A stretch of DNA of 64,000 nt from a bacterium (GTDB taxonomy: Bacteria > Patescibacteriota > Dojkabacteria > SC72), in NCBI GenBank assembly GCA_021108295.1, contig JAIORF010000102.1:391041-455040 (forward strand), read 5' to 3'. Made by a program: the position numbers and the translations under genes. This document shows positions 17,903 to 28,362 of the stretch, one piece after another. Each line of letters starts with the position of its first letter. Positions within the stretch are counted from its first letter, which is position 1. The notes beneath the pieces were generated by a model that was given only the letters and a program-made list of their open reading frames with translations, searched no databases and was not told where the DNA came from.

Positions 17903-19414
17903 TTGTTCATTTCTATAGTGCATAATGGAGGTATGGAACAAATATTAAAAATATTACTGCTTTTCTTAATACCAGTATCTGCACATAGTGATATTGTTGT
18001 GTTTAATGGTAATCCAGTAGATATTGTATGGAGTGAGTATGGGGAGGAGTATGAGTATATGGTGGAGATATATCAGTACAAGAGTGAGGAGGAGATACTT
18101 TTCTATACATCAGATTGGATGTTGGAGAGTAGTATACAGGTAGAGATTGAGGAAGAGGGTTCTTATATATGGAGGGTATATATTAAAGAGATTGGGAAGG
18201 TTTGTAGTGATGATCATCAGTGTTTTAATATTGAAACAGGATATTTTGATTTCTATTTCCCACCATCTATACCAGAAAAGCCTCCTTTAATTCCTGATGA
18301 GGAGATTGGGGAGAAGGTTGTAGATCTTAATCCTCCTGTTGGCGAAATTCTTGGAGCTACTACAGAGTATATTGCTAAAGAAGAGTTCAAACCGAAGAAA
18401 GAAGACAAAGAGGAGAGTATGGATGTTGAGAAAAGGAGTGGAGCAAATGAGTGTACTTATAGCTACATTATGTCAAAAAAGAAATATATTCTAGATGGGT
18501 GTAATATTGCTCTCCCATCAATTTCTGAATCTACCTACTCTAAATACAATGACCAGTATGTTGTGTCTTCCAAGGGTAAGTATCAAAACACTCTTACAAT
18601 TCATATCAATGATATTGTATGTAGTAAGTTTGATCTACTACACCCTTCTACATGGTTTGGGTGTGAGGAGAATGTGGTGAACAGGCATGAGTGTATGGTT
18701 GATTTAGATCATGAGGTATATTTCTTTAACAAGGGAGTTGTTTCTCCCACTAATTTTGTTTTTAATCGTGAGACTTTTGAGATATCTAAAGTCTTAAGTA
18801 ATTTACCTACAGCTTTAGTATTCAAAGGATATTTCTCACTAAGACACAGTGGTGAGTGGTTGGATCAGGAGTTAGTGTTTAAAAAGAAAACTTCTTTTAC
18901 AGAGATTGAGGCTCCTACAAGTGGAATATATTCATTTCCTTTCAAGAGATTGATTCCTGTAAACCAATGGCATGGGTGTACGAGGTATCAGTGTCCTCAT
19001 GCTGGTATAGATTTTGCGTCAGGGAAGGAGAAAATATATGCAAGTGGAGATGGTGTAGTTGTTTCTGCTAAGCAAAGTACTCCTTACAGTGAGTGTGGGA
19101 ATAGTGGGAAGGCTATAGTGCTCGAATTGGATACTGGTCAGTACATGTCTTACATGCATTTGAGTAATATTAGGGTTAGGAGTGGAGATATTGTAAAGAG
19201 GGGAGATTTGTTAGCTGTAAGTGGTAATACTGGGACATTTAACTGTCAACCGTTGGGATATCATCTTCATTTTGAGTTAAGGGAGGGTAGGTGGCAGGCT
19301 AGTCATATTGATCCAGTTCCATATATTGATATTGATTGGAATCTCATCCATACTAACAAGAAGGATATATTCCCTGGTAGGTTGAGTGGTGATAATCCTC
19401 ATCCTAGTTTTTAA
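17903..19414 (+). CDS. Secreted M23 (LytM-type) metallopeptidase with large N-terminal domain
   Basis: 503 aa. Signal peptide. C-terminal HAGIDFA ... SGNTG ... GYHLHFE gives the HxxxD and HxH zinc ligands of the M23 family. Confidence 0.7.
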   Translation: MFISIVHNGGMEQILKILLLFLIPVSAHSDIVVFNGNPVDIVWSEYGEEYEYMVEIYQYKSEEEILFYTSDWMLESSIQVEIEEEGSYIWRVYIKEIGKVCSDDHQCFNIETGYFDFYFPPSIPEKPPLIPDEEIGEKVVDLNPPVGEILGATTEYIAKEEFKPKKEDKEESMDVEKRSGANECTYSYIMSKKKYILDGCNIALPSISESTYSKYNDQYVVSSKGKYQNTLTIHINDIVCSKFDLLHPSTWFGCEENVVNRHECMVDLDHEVYFFNKGVVSPTNFVFNRETFEISKVLSNLPTALVFKGYFSLRHSGEWLDQELVFKKKTSFTEIEAPTSGIYSFPFKRLIPVNQWHGCTRYQCPHAGIDFASGKEKIYASGDGVVVSAKQSTPYSECGNSGKAIVLELDTGQYMSYMHLSNIRVRSGDIVKRGDLLAVSGNTGTFNCQPLGYHLHFELREGRWQASHIDPVPYIDIDWNLIHTNKKDIFPGRLSGDNPHPSF

Positions 19415-19438
19415 TATTTAACTTTACTATACATACCT

Positions 19439-19999
19439 ATGCATCTAGAGCAGTTAATTCTTTCCTTACTTTTCTTTTTGGTTAAAGTAGATGTTTTAAA
19501 AACAGAGAGGTATAGGTTGGATATTAGGCCTGTAGCTCCTGTGTATTGGGTTAGCAATGAGGATATATTGGTGAATGAGGGGGAGAGAGGTTATCTATAC
19601 AGTGTTGTAGAGAGAGAGGTGGTAGAAGAGTTTGAGAAAGAGGGGAATCAGATATTGGGATATTGTGATATGGATGTACTGATATGTGAATGGGAGAACA
19701 GGGAGATGGAGTCACCAGAGGAGTATTCTACACATTTAATACAGGAGGGTAGTGATGGTGAGAGGGTTGTAGATATTGAGCTAAAGCCTACAGTAGAGGT
19801 AGTAGAGTGTAAAGAAAAGATTATTCTTAGAACAGTAGCTCCTGTAGAGGAGAAGTTGTTTGAGTTTAGTGATGATTTGTATGAGGTAGAGGATTATCAA
19901 GAGGACATGTTTTCTCCAAACTTTAGGAAACTACTATCTAAAGATGATTTGGGGAGTTACTGGATTACAGAGTTTGGGTTTAATCTACACGCTTTCTAA
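19439..19999 (+). CDS. Hypothetical acidic protein downstream of M23 peptidase
   Basis: 186-aa ORF with an N-terminal hydrophobic segment and a Glu-rich body. No recognisable motif. Confidence 0.3.
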   Translation: MHLEQLILSLLFFLVKVDVLKTERYRLDIRPVAPVYWVSNEDILVNEGERGYLYSVVEREVVEEFEKEGNQILGYCDMDVLICEWENREMESPEEYSTHLIQEGSDGERVVDIELKPTVEVVECKEKIILRTVAPVEEKLFEFSDDLYEVEDYQEDMFSPNFRKLLSKDDLGSYWITEFGFNLHAF

Positions 20000-21157
20000 A
20001 ACCTTTATTGTTTCTTTTACTGTTTTCTCCCAAGAGAATAGTTTTACTCTGTCTAAACCTTCTTTTATTAAAGATTTTCTTAAGTCTTCATTCGTGTATA
20101 TATCAAACATGGCCTTACCAACTTCCTCCATATTTAAACCATCTACTAATATTCCTGCTCCTCCTAGTACTTCTGGGTAACAGGATCCATTATGAGCAAT
20201 GACTGGAGTTCCTGCTTTCATACCTCCAACAAGAATAATACCAAAGCCTTCATACAAGGAAAGATGTAGCATAGCGATAGAGTTAGATAGGAGTTGCTTT
20301 ACTTGATTGTCTTCGTAAAAGCCTGTGAGTATTATATGTTCCTCAAGCCCTTTGTTCTTTATATATTCTCTAAACTCCCTTGCAGAAGGATTGTCTTTAA
20401 CAAAATTCCCTCCAGCAATTATCATATATGGTACATTCTCTTTAGATGGTATTCTACTTAGGAAATCTTTATATCCATCCACTACTCCTTTAGAGTTTTT
20501 ATTTTCGTATACAGTACCTCCTATGTATATGTAATATCCTTTTTCTTTATAGTCTGGTGGTAACTTTTCATCCCATTGTGCGTCAGTTCCTTCTAACACG
20601 GCGTCTAAGTATATTGTTTTAACTTCTTCTTTGTTGTATTTAGGGAAATATTTAAGGAAATCCTTTTTAGTTTGATTGCTGTTGACCACTATATATTTAC
20701 AGTATTTAGCTTTTCTGAGTTCTAACCAGTAGAGGATCTTTTTTATAGAGTTGTTGATTTTGTTTTTTTCAGAATAGATATTAAAAAGAGGGAGAATCAT
20801 ATCGTGGATCATTAGTACTGTTGGGATATGTAGTGATGGTATTCCAGCCCAGAAGTATGGACAGAAGTATATGGAGTTTTTTTGTTTTATTTTTAGTATG
20901 TTTGGTAAGAGTTGTATTAGATACCAGAGGTAGTTTTTATAGTCTGATTTTCTTAGTTTTCCTATTCGAATAATTTCTACGTTTTCTCTTTCTTTTTCTA
21001 ATGTTTTGTCTAATGTACTTTGAGCATCAAAAAGGAGGATTGATATCTTTATATCTTTGTAATTAAGGAGTTCTTTAACAACATTCTTTGTATATTTACC
21101 AATACCGTGGTGTTTAAGTTCGTTTTGAGTTGTGGTACAGTCAATTATTAGGTGCAT
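19985..21157 (-). CDS. Glycosyltransferase family 4
   Basis: 390 aa. EGFGIILVGGMKAGTPVIAHNGSCYPEVLGGAG GT4 C-terminal motif. Confidence 0.65.
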   Translation of the reverse strand: MHLIIDCTTTQNELKHHGIGKYTKNVVKELLNYKDIKISILLFDAQSTLDKTLEKERENVEIIRIGKLRKSDYKNYLWYLIQLLPNILKIKQKNSIYFCPYFWAGIPSLHIPTVLMIHDMILPLFNIYSEKNKINNSIKKILYWLELRKAKYCKYIVVNSNQTKKDFLKYFPKYNKEEVKTIYLDAVLEGTDAQWDEKLPPDYKEKGYYIYIGGTVYENKNSKGVVDGYKDFLSRIPSKENVPYMIIAGGNFVKDNPSAREFREYIKNKGLEEHIILTGFYEDNQVKQLLSNSIAMLHLSLYEGFGIILVGGMKAGTPVIAHNGSCYPEVLGGAGILVDGLNMEEVGKAMFDIYTNEDLRKSLIKEGLDRVKLFSWEKTVKETIKVLESV

Positions 21158-21207
21158 TGTTTAGTAATCTCTATTTTATTAAACCATTTTACCACAGTCT
21201 ACATTTA

Positions 21208-23055
21208 CTAGTTGGCGTACTTAAATAGATGTATCGTCTTATGCTTCATATCAATCCTCTCCTCTAGATCCAAAACTGTACTATCCAACAATTCTTGCAG
21301 TCTGTCTTCATTTAGCAAAAGATCTTCCTCTTTTCCTTCATGTAAGGAAATATATACCAGTTCACTAACTCCAGTTTTTGCTAACATGTTCTCAAAATTC
21401 TCGAGGCCCCCTATTCTGAAATTGTATGTTTCAATATCGATATCCTGAACTAACAATTCTTTCTTAGGAATCCACTCTTTCAACTTCCACCTCCACTCAG
21501 GGTCTTGTACGTTTTCAGATCTTAAAACAAATGGGAGTCTATCCCAACCAATATTATTAATCCAGATGACCTCATCCTCGTCAACTAAAGATAGTATTTC
21601 TTCACATTCTCGATTATAACCATAAAGCAAATATGATTCTATTTGTCCATGCTTATATGACGCTAATAACGCTGTGCCTACCATAAAAATCGAGAGACTT
21701 ATTTCAATAATATATTTTATAACTCCTTTCTCGATATAATACATCATCAAGAAACCTACAATTATAAACAAACTAAAGACAACCTTAATCCAAACATAGC
21801 TATATTCAAAATACATACCCCCTATTACAAAAACGATTGTAACAAGAATCGTATTCCGGACAAAAATCTCCTTCTGTTTTATATTCTTTAAAAACAACAA
21901 GAAATATACAATTATAATTGGGGTTATTGGAATAAGATATCTACCAATTGAAGAATGAAATATGTAAATTAAAAGATAGGTAAACAAAAGAATAGGTAAA
22001 AACATTCTTTCGATATTTTTCTCTTTAAAGTACGATTTAAATGACTTCGTTAGATATGATAAAGATGGAACTAGCATTAGAAAAGGAATCGAGAAAAAAG
22101 AAAACGTCCTCGGATAAAAGATCTTTCCAATATATTGCAAAACTATATTAATTGATACATATAAATACCCTAGAAAAGGACTAACATTCTCTGGGATATT
22201 AATTAAAAACATTGCTCTTGCTACACCTACATTAGTGGCAATATCTCTATTGTACGTAGCCAGTTCAAGTCCAAAATTGCGAGTTAATTCTCTAGTACCA
22301 CGCTCTATCAAACCTAATATGTTTGCATTATAAATATTTAAAGGAATAATAGACGTTGTAAACATTAAGACTAAATATACTAGAGCAGGTAAGAATAGTT
22401 GGATACAACTTAGAACAGTACTCTCAAGAATCTTCTTCCAGTTACCTTTGTACATCATTAAAGATTCTATTATCACCCATATCACAAGAGCTGGGCCAAA
22501 AGTATAAAATACATGTTCTTTAGAATCTAATAATAGCAAAAGGAATACACCAGTCCACCATTTACTCTTTTTACTTAATATCGAATTAAAAATCAGTAGG
22601 ACGAAGAACAGAGCTTGGATGTCTCTGTAGAAGGTTGGCATATAAGTGACAAACTGATAACTGGAAAACAATAATGTGACACCAAGAAGAGAATATATCT
22701 GAGAGAGTTTAAAATGTCCATTTAATATCCTATAGAATACAATCCCACTTCCAATACCAAATAAAATATTGATAAGAGTTGCTATAAATACAGATGGCCC
22801 GGAAAATATAAAGATCACACCAACTAGTAGTTTACTTAAGAACCCATGTAGACCTACTCCATAGTTCCCAATCCATTGACCGTTTTTTAATAAATCTGCA
22901 ATAACAGCACTTTCTCCTAGATAAATGTTTTCATCTAATCGAACATCTCTAAAGAGGGATAAGATTATAAAGAAAACAAACCATAAGACAAAAAATACAA
23001 TAGGTAGATATTTACTACATAGGAATGATTTATAGATATTTTTAAATTTCGACAT
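21208..23055 (-). CDS. Polytopic membrane protein, GT-C fold (ArnT/PMT-like) glycosyltransferase candidate; paralog of 30935..32881
   Basis: 615 aa. >10 TM helices. First-loop motif LDENIYLGE (the DE-x-x-aromatic motif typical of GT-C enzymes). NYGVGLHGF...GPSVFIATL block is shared with the paralog. Confidence 0.5.
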   Translation of the reverse strand: MSKFKNIYKSFLCSKYLPIVFFVLWFVFFIILSLFRDVRLDENIYLGESAVIADLLKNGQWIGNYGVGLHGFLSKLLVGVIFIFSGPSVFIATLINILFGIGSGIVFYRILNGHFKLSQIYSLLGVTLLFSSYQFVTYMPTFYRDIQALFFVLLIFNSILSKKSKWWTGVFLLLLLDSKEHVFYTFGPALVIWVIIESLMMYKGNWKKILESTVLSCIQLFLPALVYLVLMFTTSIIPLNIYNANILGLIERGTRELTRNFGLELATYNRDIATNVGVARAMFLINIPENVSPFLGYLYVSINIVLQYIGKIFYPRTFSFFSIPFLMLVPSLSYLTKSFKSYFKEKNIERMFLPILLFTYLLIYIFHSSIGRYLIPITPIIIVYFLLFLKNIKQKEIFVRNTILVTIVFVIGGMYFEYSYVWIKVVFSLFIIVGFLMMYYIEKGVIKYIIEISLSIFMVGTALLASYKHGQIESYLLYGYNRECEEILSLVDEDEVIWINNIGWDRLPFVLRSENVQDPEWRWKLKEWIPKKELLVQDIDIETYNFRIGGLENFENMLAKTGVSELVYISLHEGKEEDLLLNEDRLQELLDSTVLDLEERIDMKHKTIHLFKYAN

Positions 23056-23084
23056 GATATATAACCTTATTTATTAGACCATCC

Positions 23085-24368
23085 TCAACTTGAGCCTTTG
23101 GAGAGTCTTAAGGAAGTTAAATATATAACTAAATAACATAATGTTGTAAGCAAAGACCAAATCATTAAAGTCATTTTCAAATTATGAGTATAATAGCCCA
23201 CTATGAAAGAAATTACTACAACAAAGAACTTAAGCCCTTGAAAAAATATGTTCATATTCTGCTTATTAACAATATATACAACATAGCTAACAGGGGTAAC
23301 AACAAATCTTGCAAAAAACATTATACAAAAGATTTGAATATATTGCCCTACAAGTACCCATTCATCACCCAACAAAAACGGTATTGTAGAAGGGACTAAC
23401 AGAAAAATAAGAAGGAAAGGAATAATCCCTAACAGAAAAAGGCTTTGAGATGTTTTTATAAAAATTTCCGAACAAGAACCTTTTTCCCGATATTGTTCCG
23501 AAGCCTCTTGTTTAAACACATCCCCTACAGAAGACGTCACAAACCATAATGGGGAACCCAAGATTTTATCTGACATTGCAAGATAACCCGCATTACTATT
23601 TCCAAAAACCATATTCATACCAATGTTTGGAAACATCTCTGCTAATCTACTTAATAGATCCGCAAGTAAAGAAAACTTTGGGAATTTAACATATCTCAAC
23701 AAGATTTTCTTGAACTTTATGCTTCTCATTATACCTTTAAATTTGATTTTAAGAGCCAAGAGAAGCAAGAAATATGCAACTATATAACCTATTAAAAACG
23801 AAACCATTAACCCTGATTCTGTAAATCCACTATATCCACCAAATAAACGGATAGTTATCAAGATAATCGCTTGGATAACAACATTCCTAGCAATTATCTT
23901 ATACTTTTTATTCCTTAAGGCATAATAGTAAATTGCTTCGTATAACGCCACAAACAAAACACTTAATCCTATCAATATTTTATATTCATTTAGCAAAGGG
24001 ACATTAAACAGAGAAAATATATACTCTCCTTTAAAAACAATAACCATAGTAAATATCAAAGACACAAGGAAACTACATACACTTGATATTATAACCAACT
24101 CTCGAGCTTCCGTATCCTTTTTTGGCAAAAGAATAGCTAAACAATATCTCCCATTTGATACCATTGAGAAAATAGTTACAATTGTAATGTATACACCAAA
24201 TATCCCAAAATCATTAGGTGAATAACATCTCGTTAGTAGTGGTGTTACTAATATTGGCAATAATTGAGCTATTATTCGTCCACTACCTAATACTAAAACA
24301 TTCCGTTTATATCGACTGTTTGTGAAATATTTCTTTAAAAAGACTTTTACTTCTTGAGACTTTCTCAT
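23085..24368 (-). CDS. Wzx-like polysaccharide/oligosaccharide flippase (MOP superfamily); paralog of 28346..29635
   Basis: 427 aa, ~12 TM helices. The N-terminus is alignable with the 429-aa paralog. Typical polysaccharide-biosynthesis-protein architecture. Confidence 0.6.
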   Translation of the reverse strand: MRKSQEVKVFLKKYFTNSRYKRNVLVLGSGRIIAQLLPILVTPLLTRCYSPNDFGIFGVYITIVTIFSMVSNGRYCLAILLPKKDTEARELVIISSVCSFLVSLIFTMVIVFKGEYIFSLFNVPLLNEYKILIGLSVLFVALYEAIYYYALRNKKYKIIARNVVIQAIILITIRLFGGYSGFTESGLMVSFLIGYIVAYFLLLLALKIKFKGIMRSIKFKKILLRYVKFPKFSLLADLLSRLAEMFPNIGMNMVFGNSNAGYLAMSDKILGSPLWFVTSSVGDVFKQEASEQYREKGSCSEIFIKTSQSLFLLGIIPFLLIFLLVPSTIPFLLGDEWVLVGQYIQIFCIMFFARFVVTPVSYVVYIVNKQNMNIFFQGLKFFVVVISFIVGYYTHNLKMTLMIWSLLTTLCYLVIYLTSLRLSKGSS

Positions 24369-24404
24369 ATACCCTCACTGTTAAAATTGTATACTCTAAA
24401 TATC

Positions 24405-25577
24405 TCAAAAAAGTTGTTCATATATTTCAAAAGTATCTTTAGCTATCTTGTCCCAACCGAATTCTTTAACATATCTTAAAATTTCTTTTATATCCCATTT
24501 TCTATTTAATGCCTCAAATATCTTCTCCGCCAAATCTTCAGGATCGGCAATATTACATAATAGACCATACTCATCAGACCTAATCACTTCAAGGCTACCA
24601 GAATTCTTAGTTGCTACAACGGGTTTTCCACAAGCAAATGCTTCTAATTGAACTATGCCGAAACTCTCTGACAAACTGGGTAGAACAAATAAATCACATG
24701 CGTTCATCCAAATCGGAACATCCTTGTGGAATCTCGCTCCAAGAAATTCAATATTATCAGACAATCCTAACTTTTTCGTTTCAGCTTCTAGCACATCCCT
24801 TTGAGTCCCATCTCCAATTAAAAAAAGTTTTAAATTTCCCATAGAATATTTATCTCTTAGAACTTTCATTGCCCGTACAAGATGAATATGTCCTTTGTAT
24901 TTCTCCAAATAACCTACAGTAAGCAACACCTTTTGTTTCTGCCCAATCTTTAATTCCTTACGAGCTTCAAACAAACTTTTAGGAATAAATAGACCACTAT
25001 TAAAGCCGTTTGACAAGAACATTACATTTTCATTATATTTTTTAAGATCTTTAATTGACTCTTTATTAACTCTTATTATCTGATCGGCATTCTCCCATGT
25101 ATAACTGATTTTTTTATTTGTATTACTCATTTCCTCTTCTAAGTAATGCTTGTCTTCGTGAACTGTTAAAACAAAGGGTTTGTTATACTTTTCTTTCAAC
25201 TTCGCACCAACATATCCTGCAGTCCATGTAAAATGACTATGTATTATATCGAATTTGATTTTTTCTTTTCTAATAATTTTATCAACAACTTTGAAATGCC
25301 AATCTCCAAGTACTCTATAAAAAATACTCATTGGTAAATACCACAATGGAACTAGGAAAATATGTACATTACTAGGCTTATCAAACTCTTGTACTACAAA
25401 TTCTTTTCTATGTTTAAGTAGTTGTTTTATTGGAATGATGTTGTAAATCTCTGCAAATGGTTTATATCTTACAAACACATAAACGTTTTCAAAGTTCTCA
25501 GCCATAGATTCAACAAAATCTTTTTGAAACGAATGATACGAATGCAATAAAAAGACTATGTTTTTCTTTTTCTCCAT
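24405..25577 (-). CDS. Glycosyltransferase family 4
   Basis: 390 aa. SLSESFGIVQLEAFACGKPVVATKNSGSLEVI GT4 motif. Confidence 0.7.
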   Translation of the reverse strand: MEKKKNIVFLLHSYHSFQKDFVESMAENFENVYVFVRYKPFAEIYNIIPIKQLLKHRKEFVVQEFDKPSNVHIFLVPLWYLPMSIFYRVLGDWHFKVVDKIIRKEKIKFDIIHSHFTWTAGYVGAKLKEKYNKPFVLTVHEDKHYLEEEMSNTNKKISYTWENADQIIRVNKESIKDLKKYNENVMFLSNGFNSGLFIPKSLFEARKELKIGQKQKVLLTVGYLEKYKGHIHLVRAMKVLRDKYSMGNLKLFLIGDGTQRDVLEAETKKLGLSDNIEFLGARFHKDVPIWMNACDLFVLPSLSESFGIVQLEAFACGKPVVATKNSGSLEVIRSDEYGLLCNIADPEDLAEKIFEALNRKWDIKEILRYVKEFGWDKIAKDTFEIYEQLF

Positions 25578-25636
25578 TTCATTAGTAATTAATAATTTAT
25601 ATTGTTAACTATATAAAAGATATTTGTCTTTGGATA

Positions 25637-26695
25637 TCATTTCTTTAACAATATCCCCGCTATTTTCTCCCCAGCATCACCATCTCCATAAATATTCTCA
25701 ACATATTTAAACTTCTTCTCTTTCTCTATATGTTCCATCAACTCGCCTGGCTCACTCAAAACATTCATACCAAAATCAACCAATTCATGCCATGCTGGAT
25801 CTGGCATAAACAAATAAGCTATTTTGTGAGAGAAGTAGGATTCTTTTTGAAGTCCTCCACTATCCGTAACTACATTCTTACAATTGCTCATTAGACCCAT
25901 TAAACTGAGATAATCTATAGGTTCAAGTATATCAAATTTCTCAGTATACTTTTCAAAACCAAATTCTTCGATTCTCTTTTTTGTTCTTGGATGCATAGGA
26001 AATACTACCCTATTAGAAGACGTCAATAACGCTAAATCTTTCAATATTTTCTCAAACCTTTCAGGCTCATCTACATTATAATCTCTATGTAACGTAACCA
26101 AAGTATAATCATTTCCCTTAAGATTCAACTCATTAAAAAGTCCAAAATCAAAATGTCCTTGCATATACAAAAACAGGTCATACATAACATCTCCTGTAAA
26201 ATACACACCTTCTGTAATACCTTCTTTCTTCAAATTCTCCACCGCTCTTTTAGAAGGACAGAAAAGATACTCTGCAATTCTATCAGTAAGCACTCTGTTA
26301 ATTTCCTCTGGCATATTTTTAGGCAACATACGAATACCCGCTTCTACATGAGAGACAGGAATCTTCAGTTTTGCAGCAACTAATGCTCCTGCAAGAGTTG
26401 TATTAGTATCACCATACACCAGTATTTGATCCGGTTTTATCTTAAACATTAATTTTTCAAATTCAACCATTATTTTTGCTGTCATCGCTGCATGAGTACC
26501 AGAACCTACTTCTAAATTGTACTCAGGTGCAGTTATACCTAATTTCTCAAAGAAACTATCTGCCATATTATAATCATAGTGTTGACCAGAGTTGATTATT
26601 ATCTCTTCAATTTGTGAATGTTTTTTAAACTCTCTATTTAAGACAGCTTCTTTAACAAACTGTGGTCTTGCACCAATCAAGGATACTATTTTCAT
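25637..26695 (-). CDS. UDP-N-acetylglucosamine 2-epimerase (non-hydrolysing; WecB/WbpI family)
   Basis: 352 aa. N-terminal MKIVSLIGARPQFVK and the internal GDTNTTLAGALVAAKLKIPVSHVEAG block are characteristic of UDP-GlcNAc 2-epimerases. Confidence 0.8.
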   Translation of the reverse strand: MKIVSLIGARPQFVKEAVLNREFKKHSQIEEIIINSGQHYDYNMADSFFEKLGITAPEYNLEVGSGTHAAMTAKIMVEFEKLMFKIKPDQILVYGDTNTTLAGALVAAKLKIPVSHVEAGIRMLPKNMPEEINRVLTDRIAEYLFCPSKRAVENLKKEGITEGVYFTGDVMYDLFLYMQGHFDFGLFNELNLKGNDYTLVTLHRDYNVDEPERFEKILKDLALLTSSNRVVFPMHPRTKKRIEEFGFEKYTEKFDILEPIDYLSLMGLMSNCKNVVTDSGGLQKESYFSHKIAYLFMPDPAWHELVDFGMNVLSEPGELMEHIEKEKKFKYVENIYGDGDAGEKIAGILLKK

Positions 26696-26696
26696 A

Positions 26697-27818
26697 TTAC
26701 AAATTTTTATAAATATTAATTAAGACTTTTTCTTGCTCTTCCCAACAGAATTTCTTTGCTACTTTTTCTAAATTAGGTAAATATTTCTTTTTCGTATCTT
26801 TGTCGATATCCCTTAGCACTTTCAATATTGAATCTTCATCTTCAGGGTTAATAAGATAGCCAACTTTGTTCTCTTCTACAAACTTAGACATTTCTTTTAG
26901 ATTCGAGACAACAATAGGGAGCCTACCCATAATATAGTCAAATATTTTATTAGGCAAAGCTAAGTCGTGGTTAAGACAGATATTCTCCATCAAGTATATC
27001 CCCCAATCTGCAGAAGATACATATTTCATATATTCAAATATGGACACTTTCTCATGCCAGAATATATTTCCTATACCCTTTATTTCCTCCTTCAACTTAT
27101 TTACACCTTCCCCGTACACTAGAAACACCAAAACTATGTTTTTATTGTCTTTCTCCATTTTCTTAAAAACATTTATAAGAGTCTCAATTCCACGACCACG
27201 AATATAAGCTCCTTGGAAAAGAAAAATCTCTTTATCTTCAGGAATACCCAATTCTTCTCTAAAAAGATTATACTTTCTGTTTTCCATATAAAGAGGATTA
27301 TTTAATACTAATACAGGTTTCTCAATTCCATACATTTGCTCATACTCCATTGCAATAGATTCACTTACAGTAATAACTGCATCCGCAGAAGAAATCATGT
27401 GCCTTTCAAAGATTTTTGCGATTCTTTTTATTATTGGTTTATTCAAATAGATCTTTGCTTCAGTCTCATGTTCATGACAGTCATAGACAATCTTTACATC
27501 TCTATTAAAGAATTTCTTTATCACGTATGCTGGAGGGAGTGCGTATAGATCATTAGCATGAAATATCCTCTCTTTTCTAAAGTTCTTGATAATTATGAAC
27601 CAAAAGAGAATCAAATTTAATGGTAACAGTTTTATTCTCCCTACATTAAATCTTTTTACATTTATTCCCTCTATACATTCTTCTTTAGACAGTTCCTTAT
27701 CGAAATGAGTTGCCACAAGTGTAACATCATATCCATTATTTACTAATGTTCTAGACTCCTTAAAGACTCTATTATCATTAGTGAAGTCATTGAAGAGAAG
27801 ATTGATGACTTTTTTCAT
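26697..27818 (-). CDS. Glycosyltransferase family 4
   Basis: 373 aa. GT-B architecture. Stop and start are adjacent to neighbouring genes (operon). Confidence 0.6.
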   Translation of the reverse strand: MKKVINLLFNDFTNDNRVFKESRTLVNNGYDVTLVATHFDKELSKEECIEGINVKRFNVGRIKLLPLNLILFWFIIIKNFRKERIFHANDLYALPPAYVIKKFFNRDVKIVYDCHEHETEAKIYLNKPIIKRIAKIFERHMISSADAVITVSESIAMEYEQMYGIEKPVLVLNNPLYMENRKYNLFREELGIPEDKEIFLFQGAYIRGRGIETLINVFKKMEKDNKNIVLVFLVYGEGVNKLKEEIKGIGNIFWHEKVSIFEYMKYVSSADWGIYLMENICLNHDLALPNKIFDYIMGRLPIVVSNLKEMSKFVEENKVGYLINPEDEDSILKVLRDIDKDTKKKYLPNLEKVAKKFCWEEQEKVLINIYKNL

Positions 27819-27822
27819 AAGC

Positions 27823-28362
27823 TCATGTGCTAATTTGATGTATATTTTTATAAGGGGTTTTCTTCTTTATTACCTTGCATGGATTCCCTACTGCTATTGA
27901 ATTAGATGGTATATCTCTTGTCACAATAGATCCTGCTCCAATTATAACATTTTCCCCAATTGTTACTTCTGGTAGAATTATAACATCTGCACCAATCCAC
28001 ACATTTGATCCTATGATAATTGGATCTCCTTTGATATGTTTTGTAAAATCCTCCATATCATGGTTAGCACTAATAATTTTAGACCCTGGTCCCATTAATA
28101 CATTATCTCCCATAATGATTCTGCTATTTGCTTGTATGTATTGACCAATATTCGAACCAGGAGAACACATTTTCCCTATCTTTATATTCTCTATCCCCGT
28201 TACATAGGAGGTAAAATGAACAGGCCATGGGGCTTTTGCATTAATTCTAAAAACCCTTTGCCAAATAAAAAAGCGGATATAACTTTGATGCACAAAATGC
28301 CCATCTTTATATTTATATGTTTTGCTCAGAAGACAACCTATCCAATTAAGAAAATTTTTCAT
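27823..28362 (-). CDS. Hexapeptide-repeat sugar O-acetyltransferase (WbbJ/maltose-acetyltransferase-like)
   Basis: 179 aa. Left-handed beta-helix hexapeptide repeats (IGSNVWIGADVIILPEVTIGENVIIGAGSIV). Confidence 0.7.
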   Translation of the reverse strand: MKNFLNWIGCLLSKTYKYKDGHFVHQSYIRFFIWQRVFRINAKAPWPVHFTSYVTGIENIKIGKMCSPGSNIGQYIQANSRIIMGDNVLMGPGSKIISANHDMEDFTKHIKGDPIIIGSNVWIGADVIILPEVTIGENVIIGAGSIVTRDIPSNSIAVGNPCKVIKKKTPYKNIHQIST